Below are positions 35,667 to 47,039 of a stretch of DNA of 64,000 bases, in pieces. This DNA comes from Balamuthia mandrillaris (taxonomy: Eukaryota): assembly GCA_031835245.2 (NCBI GenBank), contig JAVKOQ020000043.1, positions 124,001 through 188,000 on the forward strand, written 5' to 3'. Numbering within the stretch: position 1 is the stretch's first letter; each line of letters begins with the position of its first letter. Both the position numbers and the translations under genes were made by a program. The notes under the pieces were generated by a model that worked only from the letters and a program-made list of their open reading frames with translations, had not been told where the DNA came from and ran no database searches.

Positions 35667-38096
35667 ATGGAAGCGGTCACCGATTGGTTTCACACGCAGA
35701 TGGCCCCGGTGGACGCCGTCTACAGCGATCTCTCCCTCAAGACCGGCTTTCCCGCTGACCAGCTCAAATGTTTGAGCTGCTGGTTTGTGGCCGTTCCTTT
35801 GGCCGTGCTCTTTCGCTACGTGCCTGGCACCTCCCTGCGGCACCTCTTCTCCATCCTGGTTTCCATTGGGTTTTGTTTGTTCTGCCTGGGACCGTTCTCC
35901 TGGGGACACGCTGTGTTCTCCTCGGCGGTGACCTACCTTATTCTTTTGTTGTGCCCTCTGCGTTATGCTCACAGACTCGTCTTTGTGGTTCGTTTCTCTC
36001 TCTCTCTCTCTCTCTCTCACTTCCCTCTTCTCTCTTCCTCTCAGTCGCTCTTTCTCGCTTACTTCTTTCTCTTTTTTCTTTCTTTCTGTCTTCTTTTTCA
36101 TTTTCTCGAAAGTTTTGACTCAAAGCAACTCTTTGTGTTTTGATTTCGTTGTTTTTTTTTTGTTTCAGTGGGTGATGGGTTACATGTCTGTAAGTCACAT
36201 CTACCGAATGTGGGACGACTACATGGGCTGGAACATGGACTTTACGGCTCCGCAGCTCATTCTCACGATCAAGCTCACCAGCATGGGCTACAACTACTAC
36301 GACGGCCGCCAATCGGATGCCTACAAAGAGGTTTGTATCACTTTTGTGCTCTCTCTCTCTCTCTTTCCCTCTCTTTTGTTTGTCTCGCTTTTGCTTTTTT
36401 TTCCCCCTGTTCTTTTATACCCGTTGATTTATTGACGGTTTTGGAGTAGAAGTTGCATCCATACCAGAGGGAGCACATGATCTCAAAGCTTCCTTCCTTG
36501 TTGGAATATTTTGGTTGGGTGTTCTTCTTCCCAACTTTTCTTGCCGGTCCTTCCATCGAACTCACTGAGTACCTTCGCTTTGTGGATGGCTCTGTGTTTA
36601 AAGTATGTTCTTCGTCTTCACTTCCCTCTTTTCCTTTTCTCTGTTCTCTCAATCGCTTTTCTCTGGCTATCTTCCTTATGAAAAGCTACTAACTTACTAA
36701 CTTACTTTAACTCAGGAATTTGGCGGCAAAGCCCCGAGCAGTCTGCTTCCTACATTGGCAGTAACTGCTCGTGCGCTCTTCCTTACTGCCCCGGTAATGC
36801 TTATCCACAGCATTTATTTCCCCATATCCTATCTCTCGAGCGAGGCCTTTTTCGATTCTTCCTTCCTCACTAGGTTGGCAGTCTCTTCCTTTTTCTGTTT
36901 TTTTTTTTTTCTTTTTCATATTTTTTCGGATATTTTTTACTCTTTCGCTTATCGCCTGTTCTACTTGCTTTTTTTTTTGTCCTTACGCAAACAAAGGGCA
37001 ACCTTGGTCTTGGTAATTACTGCTACGGCAAGGTTCAAGTACTATCTGGCCTGGTATTTGGGTGAGATTAGTGCTGTCGCCTGCGGATTCGGCTACAACG
37101 GCAGAAACAAAGATGGCAGCCTCAAATGGTTACATTTCTCTCTCTCTCTCTCTCTCTCTCCTCTTTCTTTTTCTTCCGTTTTATTGAAAACACTAACTCA
37201 TTTTCTTTGTAATATTGATAATAGGGATCGCGCCACCAATAGTTACCCGTTATTGGTGGAGCTCCCAAGCAACGTACGTGATTGTACCGCCAATTGGAAC
37301 ATTAGAACCGCTGTCTGGCTTCGCTATTGTTCGTCCTTCCTTTCCCTTCCTCTTTCTCTCTTTTCTGTTTCCTCTTTGTTCTTTTCTCTCTCTTTTTTAA
37401 ACTCCTTTCCCTTTTCCCTTTTTGACTTTGTTCCTAATGTGCTGTAGATGTGTACTTGAGATTCTCTCCAAGCGGTAAACCGGACGCCTTCTCCACGATT
37501 GCCACCTACACAGTGAGCGCGTTTTGGCATGGCTTCTACCCTGGCTACTATTACTTCTTCCTTACAGGCGCTATTATTACCGAATCTGGAAAAGGTTCGA
37601 CCTCTTCCTTTCTCCCTCTCTCCCCTTCTAATTTGCATTTGTTTGGGAAATGAAGTGTTGCGAAGAAGTCTGCGTTCGTGGTTCCTCAAGTCGGATGGTT
37701 CTCCTCTGCAGCCCTGGAAGTTCTTTTACGACATCATCGGCCGCGTTCTCACCATGTGGGTCGTTTGCTATGCTGGCTCTGCCTTTATCGTACGTTCTTC
37801 CCACTTTTTTTTTCTCTTTTGTCACTCTTCCCCTTTTTTTTCCTTCTCTTTTTCTCTCTTCTGAAGATTCACTAACCCAAATAAACAAATATTAGTTATT
37901 ATCGAGCACCGAAGGATTGCGCGTGTGGTCGTCTGTTTATTTCCTGGGCCACATATTAACATTGGGGGGCTATCTTCTCGGCACTTTTCTTCCCAGAAAG
38001 AGGATCGCCAACCCAGAATCGCGCGGCACTCCCGACCGCAAACCAGGCAACATCGCTGCCTCTCCCGCCAAAACGAAACCCAAAAAGGCTGATTGA
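35667..38096 (+). CDS. MBOAT lysophospholipid acyltransferase (Ale1/LPCAT3/MBOAT1-2-like), multi-exon
   Basis: Motifs DFTAPQLILTIKL, PSLLEYFGWVFFFPTFLAGP, RFKYYLAW, NWNIRTAVWLR and SAFWHGFYPGYY (catalytic His). Ends KKAD*, a dilysine ER signal. Confidence 0.93.
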
Positions 38097-38206
38097 ACCA
38101 AGTTTGTTCTTTTGTTTTTTGTTTTTTTTTGTTACACTTTCAAAAAAAAAATAAGAATGTCATTGTTATAAATAGTGTGGCAAGGACCAATGTACAAATA
38201 GGAGAG

Positions 38207-38247
<41 letters not shown>

Positions 38248-38252
38248 CGCCA

Positions 38253-38333
38253 TCAAGAGAACCAACAAATGCGTTCTCCTTTGTCGTTTGTTTTCTGTTT
38301 GTGTGCATGTGTTTTTTGATAGGTGAGTCAACG

Positions 38334-38377
<44 letters not shown>

Positions 38378-38577
38378 CAAACGTCAAAGTATTGGCCACA
38401 GAGTGGAACGACAAGCACAAAGTAAACGAACACGGCGAGAGCAAGGAAAACGAATACGCCGATGTTGATGAATGGATGCTTGAGGAGAAACTGGGAAAGG
38501 AACTGATGCTTCTTTCTGGCTGGCCCTATTGTTATGAACAGAATAGTCAGAGAGAGGGAGAGAGGGAGGGAGAGAGG

Positions 38578-38624
<47 letters not shown>

Positions 38625-38831
38625 TGGTAAAAGAAAACAGGACAAACCATGCAGAAGCAAGTCGGGGTCTTGAATGTGTTTGACCAGGAGAGGATACTTG
38701 ATGAACGAAGAGTCGGCTTCTAGGTCGAGCACCACCAACGGAATGGCTTGTTGGTTCCATGTTGGTGGTTTCTTGAAGACGGAAAAAAAAAGCAAGGGTT
38801 CATTTGGTGCGAGAAACAGAGAGAACGCAAG

Positions 38832-38881
<50 letters not shown>

Positions 38882-39529
38882 TAGAGCGGTGGGAAGAGAG
38901 AAGAGAACGAGGGAGCTTACCTGGTTTTCCCATTTTGTGGACAAATAGTAAGAACTGAGCTTTCTGATGGTATCCGAAAAGTCGTTCATTTCGTCTGCAT
39001 CGAATCGGTGAAAGAAGGGAGAAAAAAAAGTAAGAAGGAGCTGAACTGTTGAAAGAGAAAACAAAAAGAAGACAGATGAAAAAAGAAGTATCATTGAGCA
39101 AGCGTACATGGAATGATGGAAGTGGCGTCGTAGCGATCGTGAAACCGCTCCAAAAATTGGACCCGCAGCTCCTCCAGGTATGCAAAAGCGAGGCTTTGGT
39201 CGTACTCGCTACCGGTCAAGCAGAGAAAAGAGAAATGTGGATCGGTTATGTTGTTTAGAACATGTAAAGTAAACCGATGATCATAACTGTAATTTTGAAG
39301 ACGAGCAAGAAAAAAAAAGTGAGAAGGACAAAAAATCAAAATGAGAGAAGAGACAGAGGAACATCTTTTAGAGCTCAAACCTAAAAGATTGCCGCAACGG
39401 TCCCTGAACGTCTACCTCTTGCAGAAACTTTTGACAAAACGCTTTGGCGGTTCCTGAATAGCCGCTGTAATGAGCCAGCGGGACCTGGTTCAACGAAACC
39501 AACGTGTACAAGATCTCATGTAAACTCAT
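38253..39529 (-). CDS. VAMP7-type longin-domain protein with C-terminal TM and no recognisable SNARE motif, about 6 exons
   Basis: Longin motifs ILYTLVS....LAHYS...G, FLCLTG.EY..SLAFAYLEELRVQF and PYEMNDFSDTIRKL. TM segment IGVFVFLALAVFVYFVLVVPLCG. Confidence 0.72.
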
Positions 39530-39888
39530 CGTACAATAAATCTTTATCTCTGTTTTTTGCACCTGTAAAACAGCTTGTATCATCGCAAAGGTCGTGACGA
39601 CGTGATTATTTCTTCGTGTCGTCATGCGTTTATGTTAACTTGTGTAGATAAAAACACTGGAAGAGGGGAGTGCCTCTGCGAGGCAAAAGGGGAAGAAGAA
39701 AAAAGAGAGAGAGAAAGAAAAGAAATGGTTCGAGGTTAAGCTCGCCTTCAACAAACAGTTCTTTGTGGTTATTCTTTTGGATGTATCCCCCAAATAGATT
39801 GTTTTGAAAAAAAGTGAACCAATGGAACACAACGAAATACACAAAGGAGCGTTATGCATTCGTTGGCCCTTTCCTCCTTGTACTTCAT

Positions 39889-40547
39889 TTACAAGCCAAG
39901 CTTGGTTCGTCTCCAGTGTCTCCTCTTGGCGTTGTACCTGTTTATAAGTTGATTGGTTTTGTCAAACAAGTCTGAGCATTGCAATAAATCGAGGAAAGAG
40001 GGATGGATCAAAGTGGAATAGAAGGGCTGGAAGAAAAGAAGAGAGAAAAAAAGATCAAACAGAAAAGAAAGGTGAGGGAAAAGAGAGAGTGGAGGAAAGG
40101 CAAACCTGATGGTGTTGCCAGTGCGGTAGCGGATCCACTGGGGAATGGGCCTGTTCTGCCTTTGCTTCTTGGCGAGCGTGCGCTTGATCTTGAAGGACTT
40201 GTGGGACGGCTACGAAATACGAAAGAAACAGAATGGGAGGAAGGCGGGATAAAGAGATGGAGGACACGAAGCAAAGTTAAAAGGGGAAAATAAAGACGAG
40301 GAAGAAAAAGGGTAGGGGTAGATTTTTGTGGCGGAGGTTGAGGACAACAAAACAGAAAGAAAGATAGAAAGATGACAAAGTCCGAAACATCAAAAGTGAG
40401 GGTACGAGAGTAATGAAAACATTCAGAAAAATCAATCAAGAGGGGGACAAAGGAAAAGACAACGCGGGATCGTCAACGCGCACTCCACCGTAAAAACAAA
40501 CAAAAATACACAAAATCTTGAGTGACAAAAAAAAAAATGCGCACCAT
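39889..40547 (-). CDS. RPL39: 60S ribosomal protein eL39, 3 exons (first coding exon is ATG only)
   Basis: M|PSHKSFKIKRTLAKKQRQNRPIPQWIRYRTGNTIR|YNAKRRHWRRTKLGL*. Confidence 0.96.
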
Positions 40548-40979
40548 CGTAATCGTCTGGGGGAAATTGAAAGAATCTGTTTGCGCGGTTCACTCGCCTT
40601 CTTTCTTGCTGCTAATGAGGGAAAAAAATTATCAGTTTTTTTCGCCCCAACAAAGTGCCCCTCTTCCTCCTTTCTTCCCATTTTCCCTACACTGACGTGT
40701 GTTCGATACCACGATTGGCCGATCCCATCTACCGGAGTTATATCAACTCCTTTGATCGAAATTTCATTTCCCGCCTTTTTTTTTGTGTGAAACTTTTCCC
40801 CTCCCATTCGACGTCCCTTTCTTCTCGTATACTTTCAAGTAGGTATAGCATTGCTTTAGGATAGCTAAAAATAAGATACAGATATTGGGAAGCTTGGCCT
40901 TTGTGGGATGTCTGGTGTAGTTCTTGAGAACACAACACAAAAAAAAAAAAGATCTATGGACAACATTTTGTCATCTTCT

Positions 40980-42676
40980 TCACTCGTCTCGCGATGGTCG
41001 TTGTAGGTGGTGTGCGTTCAGGGCATCAAAGCTTCCAAAGGACTCGGCCAAGTTCCGTCTAAGCATTGGTCTCGGTCTGGTCTGCTTCTTCTTATCAGCC
41101 CCATTATTCTCTCCATTCTCTGTATTGTCGGTGTTGTTATTGTTTTCGTCCTCTTGTGGCTGCAACACATTCTCTCCAATACCCCAGTAATCCAAACTTA
41201 CTCCCCTTCTTGATGAGTGAGCGGAGAAGTAGGCATCAAGGCTTTGCTTGGAGGAGCGCCTCTCCTCCAAGGGAACGTAAGGCCTGGGTCCGCTGCCTAA
41301 GTAGACCTGTCGAGGACGATAGATGCGAGTCTGTGGGTCCTCCAGCAATTCCACCCAGTTAGCCAACCAACCGGCCGCTCGAGGGATGGTGAACAATACT
41401 GGGAACATGTCGGTCGGGAAGCCCATCGCTTTGTAGATCAATCCGCTTTGAAAGAAGAACAGAAGAGGAAGAAAAACAAAAAGGAAATGTAACAGTTAAA
41501 AGAAAACATAAGGTAAAGAGCCAGAACGGCGGGGATTGTACATACCTGTAGAAATCAACATTGGGATACAGGTTTCTTTTTACAAAATAATCATCAGCAA
41601 GAGCCTGACGTTCCAATTCTTCGGCTAACTCCATCAATGGGCTTCTGCCCAACAAGTCAAAGATCTGTTTCGCAAGGCGGAATTAGGGCTTTTAACCACT
41701 GGAGAGAAAAAGTAAATAACAGAAGGGGAGACCTCGGAGGTTATCTGTTTCAACAAACGCGCGCGAGGGTCATAGTTTTTGTAAACGCGATGGCCAAATC
41801 CCATCAGACGTTTCTTCTTGTCCTTCACGTCCTTCAAAAATTCAGGAATGTTTTCTTTGCGTTTTATGCTTTCCAACATGTGCAACACAGCCTTGTTTCA
41901 AAAGAATGATATGATATGATATTAAATGAAGGAACAGCGAGCAGGAGCAAAGTTGAAGAAAACGTGAAGCAAAAGGCAAAATAGAAATAAAGAAACATAA
42001 AGATACCTCGTTGGCGCCACCATGAAGTGGTCCGTAGAGAGCTCCAGCGGCGCCCGCTATGGCGGTATAGGGATCAACAAGAGAAGAGGAGAGCTGTCTC
42101 ATTGCAGTTGTCGAGCAGTTCATCTCGTGATCGGCATGGAGGATGAAGAGCTTATCCAACGCTTTGGCCAGAAGGGGATGAGGTCGGTAGTTTACCTCCG
42201 ATAAACGGTCAAGCATGTACAAGAAGTTCTCCGTGTAGGAGAGATTGTTAACTGGATTGTTGTACGGTCTAATAAAAAGATAAAAAAGTTAAAGACAGAG
42301 AAAAGGGGACGAGAATAAGGAAGAAGGAAACCTGCCGAGGCGATGTCTGTACGCGCATGCGGCTATTATAAAGCGAGGCGGTGAGTTGAGATCAGAGAAA
42401 ACAGAGCATGAGAGAGAGGAAGAGAGACCAATGGTAGGCATTTTGCCCAGGATACGGAATATTTGTTTGTTTCTGATACTCTCGTCTTTGTAGAGACCAG
42501 CTCCCTATAAAAATAATTAAGATATGAGGAACGAGAACAGGAGATACCACAAGCACAGGTGCTAGCTCGCACCTGTAGCGCAGGGTTCGCTTCTGGATAG
42601 AATGTTGACATAGCAGCGATCGAACTGGTAACAAACAAAAGTAAGGTATGGCGCTATGGTTGGACGGAAAGAGAGT

Positions 42677-42716
<40 letters not shown>

Positions 42717-43568
42717 GAGAAGACGAGAATGAACGACAGACGCACCTGATCAACATACCCATCTATTATGTAAAGGATTGAAAGGGTGAGCAAAACGGCG
42801 ACGTTCACACAAAAAGCAACAACTAGATATACATACAGGATGGGCATCATAACGAAACGCTTTCATGTGCTGTATCAAGTTTTCATGGATGAACGTATGG
42901 CGAAGAACCTTGGCATTCCATGCCTCTAATTGGTCCTGTGATGTTTTGCAACAGCGAGCAGGTCCATTGTTGTCAGTTGTAATCAACATAAACGGAGAAG
43001 AGAACGATGAAGAAGAAGAACAAGAAGAAGGCAGCAACAAAAGGAGAAGAATAAGAGAATAAAGAAAACAGGACGAAAGAGAGCAGAAAAGAGAGAAAGA
43101 GAGACGAGAAACTGAAAAAAAAAAAAAACAACATACTGGATCAGGCAGCTCCCCGTAGATAAGCAGATAGGCCACTTCCAAAAAGGTCGAATGCTCCACG
43201 AGCTCCTCAATGTTGTAGCCTCTATAGGAGAGCAAGCCCTTATCCCCATCAATAAACGTGATCTTCGAGTTGCAACACGCCGTGTTCATGTAGCCAGGGT
43301 CAGACACCCTAAGTTGAAAATAAACAAGGTTTTCGTCAGCAAATATTTTAAAAAAAGGATGAAAAGGAATTTGCTACATGGTGCCAAAGTCTTCCTCATC
43401 CACTTTGATCTGACGAAAGTCCATGGCGCTGACGGCGCCGTGGGTTACTGGCAGCTCGTAGGATTTGCCCGTGCGGTTGTCAATGACGGTGAACGTGTCC
43501 CTGGACACCTGCTCAGCGGGGCAGGTGGCCGCACCGTCGTTCTCCTTCGCGGCAGAGTTGTTCTCCAT
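40980..43568 (-). CDS. Citrate synthase, bacterial/glyoxysomal type, multi-exon with microexons
   Basis: Motifs [69 protein letters not shown] and [10 protein letters not shown]. Confidence 0.95.
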
Positions 43569-43886
43569 AGCTGGTGAAAGAGACACGGGAGGCAATAGCG
43601 TCGGTTGGTTGCTGTTTGTTGCTTCGCTGCTCCGTTGTGTAAGGCGTCGACAAAAGACTACCTAGGTTTCTGTCGACATTTACGAACTCATGTCGACATG
43701 ATCGTCATCCTGGACGTCGGCAAAAAGGGGAAATAGGCACGGGTTATTCAGGATATTTTTGATTGGACCACATCATCTTGGTTCTGTTGCTCAAATGGAG
43801 CACCATTTGTGGTCCTCAATCCATCAGAAAAAAAAGAAAGTAGCAGAGAGAGAAGAAGACAAAAAAAAAAAATAGAATAGAAGAGG

Positions 43887-44540
43887 ATGAGGTTCCTGCG
43901 GTCTCCTTGCGTGTGCGCAGTTTTGTTGGGTCTGATCGTGTTGAGTCTTTCTTCTCCTGCCCAATCTTGGTGGGGCGCCGAAGAGGGCCAACATCAACAC
44001 GAACACCACCACGACGAGCATGACCACTCCCACGATGAAGGCGAACCAGATCCCGACAGTACTCGTTTTTCTCCTCTTTTTTTTTCTCTCTCTCTTTTCC
44101 CTTTTTGATTCCATCTTTCTCCTATTTTTTTTCAAAATTTTAAAACAGTCACCACGGTGGTCACCTGTGGAAGTGTCATTGCATTGAAGCACGTGGCGAC
44201 TGGCTATCGACTCCACTCTCATCAGGTTGCCTATGGCAGCGGCAGCGGGCAGCAGTCCGTCACCGCCGTCACCTCTGCGGACGATACTGACAACCTGTGG
44301 ACCGTTCGTGGACCCCATGGTGGTCACTGTAGACAAGGGTTTGCTTCGCTTCCCGCTTTCCGCTTTGTTCACCTTCTCTTCCTTCTTTTCTGTGTTCTCT
44401 CTTCGGTCTTCTTCTCAATTCTTTCTTTTCTTCTCCTCTCCTCTTCTGCTGACGGTATTCTCTTCTCTTTATTATCTTTGCTTTCGCCTTCCATCCCCGG
44501 TCTTCTTTCCTCTGATTCACGTTTTTCAACAAACTTATCT

Positions 44541-44583
<43 letters not shown>

Positions 44584-45075
44584 ATCTTCATGGCTCCGCA
44601 TCAGAACACCTGTAAAGAAAGGACAAACAATCCGCCTGCAACACCTCTCCACCCGCCAAAACCTCCACTCCCACCTTCACGTCTCCCCTCTCTCCCGCCA
44701 GCAGGAGGTCAGCTGCTTTGGGGAGAACGGCAAAGGGGACTCGGGGGACAACTGGGACGTGGAGTGCAACGGGGATATCTGGCAGAGAGGTGAGCAGATC
44801 ATGCTGAGGCACTCGGACACGGGGCTCTACCTCCACTCCCACCCTATCAGGTATCGTAACCCCATCCCAGGGCAGCAGGAGGTCACCGCCAACGTGCCCA
44901 GCGAACAGACCAAGTGGACGACTGAGGTATTCTTCTCTCATTGTTTTTATTTTTGTCTTGTGGCTGTTCTTTTTTTCTGACCTCTTTTTTCTTCAACACA
45001 AAAACAAAAACAAAACAAAACAACAACTAGGAGGGTATTTATTTCCCTGTTCTAGAGGAGAACACCACGGCTTAA
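43887..45075 (+). CDS. SDF2: SDF2-like secreted/ER MIR-domain protein, 4 exons
   Basis: Signal peptide, then VTCGSVIALKH, RLHSHQVAYGSGSGQQSVT, NLHSHLHVSPLSRQQEVSCFG, YRNPIPGQQEV and WTTEEGIYFP. Confidence 0.92.
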
Positions 45076-45362
45076 ATAAAACGGAGAGTTTTTTTTAAAA
45101 AACCAAAGCAACACAAGCATTCTCGCTCTTCTTCTCTTATCTTTTGTGTTTTTTTACAAGTCAGGAAAAATGGCCCCTCTGACAAGAAACTTCGGAGTTT
45201 CGGGGATAAAGGTGGACGATCCAATCACAGCTGGTATGCACTAAATAAGGTAATGTTAGAAAATAACGGTTCACGCGATTACTTCGTTGTATCGTCCCCT
45301 TCCTTTCAAACTTACCACGTAAAGGTGTCTTTTGCTCCTTTTAACCAAGGAACGAAACCGAT

Positions 45363-46830
45363 ATGGGGGACTGTTTCAGTAAGATGACGCCAGACGAGAA
45401 GCTGGCGAGAAGGAAGAACCAAGAGATTGAACAAGAACTAGCACACGACCGGAAAAGATATCGCGAAGATGTGAAGCTTTTGCTACTTGGTGCGCACTTC
45501 CCGAAATTTGAAAAAAAGTCGAGAGGCAAACAGAAGATAGAAAACAAACACAGAACTTTTTTTGTTATTCAGATTTTTTGTCAACCCGGATCTAACAAAC
45601 CTTTCCTTTACCTCTTTAACAAACAACAAAAGGAACGGGAGAGTCAGGAAAGTCGACAGTATTCAAACAGATGAAGATTATAAGTGAAGGAGGGTTCAAA
45701 CAAGATGAGCTAAAGAGCTATACATCCAACGTGTATTCCAACTGTATTACCCAAATGAAGGTCATCGTCAACGCTGCCTCTGTTATGAACATAGACATGG
45801 AACACCCAGAAAACAAGGTATCTTTCCTTCTTCACCCCGCTGGCGCAACTTTCAAATAACAAATAATTAAAAGACGAGAGCAACTCGGCTGATGCAATTG
45901 CCAGCAACCTGTGACTCTTGGTCAGAGCAAGTGGGCGATGACATAGCAGAACTTTGGCAGGATGCCGGCATCCGAGCAACTTATGAGAAACGCGACACTT
46001 ACTACCAACTCAACGACTCTGCCGCTTAGTATGTATCCCTTTGTTCGCTCTCTCCTCTCGCTCCTCTTATTCCGTCGTTTTTCATGTTCTTGTCTGCGCG
46101 CTCTCTCTATTCTCAAACCATCTCGCGTAATATCTTGGTTCTAATCTAGTTGCTTCTTTCACTTATCTGAAACCCAAGTTTCTTTGATCAAATTGAGCGG
46201 ATCAACAACCCAGACTACATACCATCCGAACAGGACGTTTTGCGAGTCCGCATTCGCAGCACAGGAATAGAGGAGGCTGTCTTTCAATTTGACGACATCT
46301 CCTTCAAAATGTTGGATGTCGGAGGACAGAGAAGCGAACGTCGCAAATGGATCCATTGTTTCGATGGGGTGACGGCCATTGTCTTTTGTGTAGGCATAAG
46401 TGAGTACGATCAGACGTTACGAGAGGAGTGTAACAAGAATCGAATGCATGAGTCGTTGGACTTGTTTGACGATATTTGCAACAGCCCTTGGTTTGAGAAT
46501 ACGGCCTTTATACTCTTTCTCAACAAGATTGACTTGTTTAAGGAGAAGATCAAAAAGTCGGACCTTCGGAATACTTTCGAGAACTATACAGGTAAGAACA
46601 AAAACATGCAACATCAATAATACCAGTGCTAACGTTGTTGTTCTCACAAAGGTGGAGCGGATTATGATGCAGCCTGTGCTTTCATAAAGGCTCAGTTTTT
46701 GGAGAGAAACACATCGCCACACGTTATCTTTCCTCACTTCACATGCGCCGTCGACACAAAGAACATTGAGTTCGTATTCAAGTGTGTTCGTAAGACGCTG
46801 TTGGAGAAAATAGTGGTCACTCTCTTTTAG
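45363..46830 (+). CDS. Heterotrimeric G-protein alpha subunit, 5 exons
   Basis: MGDCFS (myristoyl/palmitoyl sites), [58 protein letters not shown] and HFTCAVDT. Confidence 0.97.
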
Positions 46831-47039
46831 GAGCAGGGAACTTGGTTCCCCCTCTTATGCTTTCCTCTCGGTTATCTATTATGACCTCCTCCTTTTCCTC
46901 TCTTCTTCAAAAAGGAGATGTCTGGTCTTGACTCTTTTCTTCGCTTTGTTGTTTCTTTTATCTTTTGTAAAAACAAAAACAAAATCGTAATTCTACATTC
47001 ACAAGGTGTTTTCTCCTCTCTCTTTTTTCTTCTTCATTG

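Noticed and set aside
40212..40544. snoRNA in RPL39 intron 1, and the ATG-only first exon
   Set aside because: No convincing C/D or H/ACA boxes. An ATG-only first coding exon is common in ribosomal protein genes.
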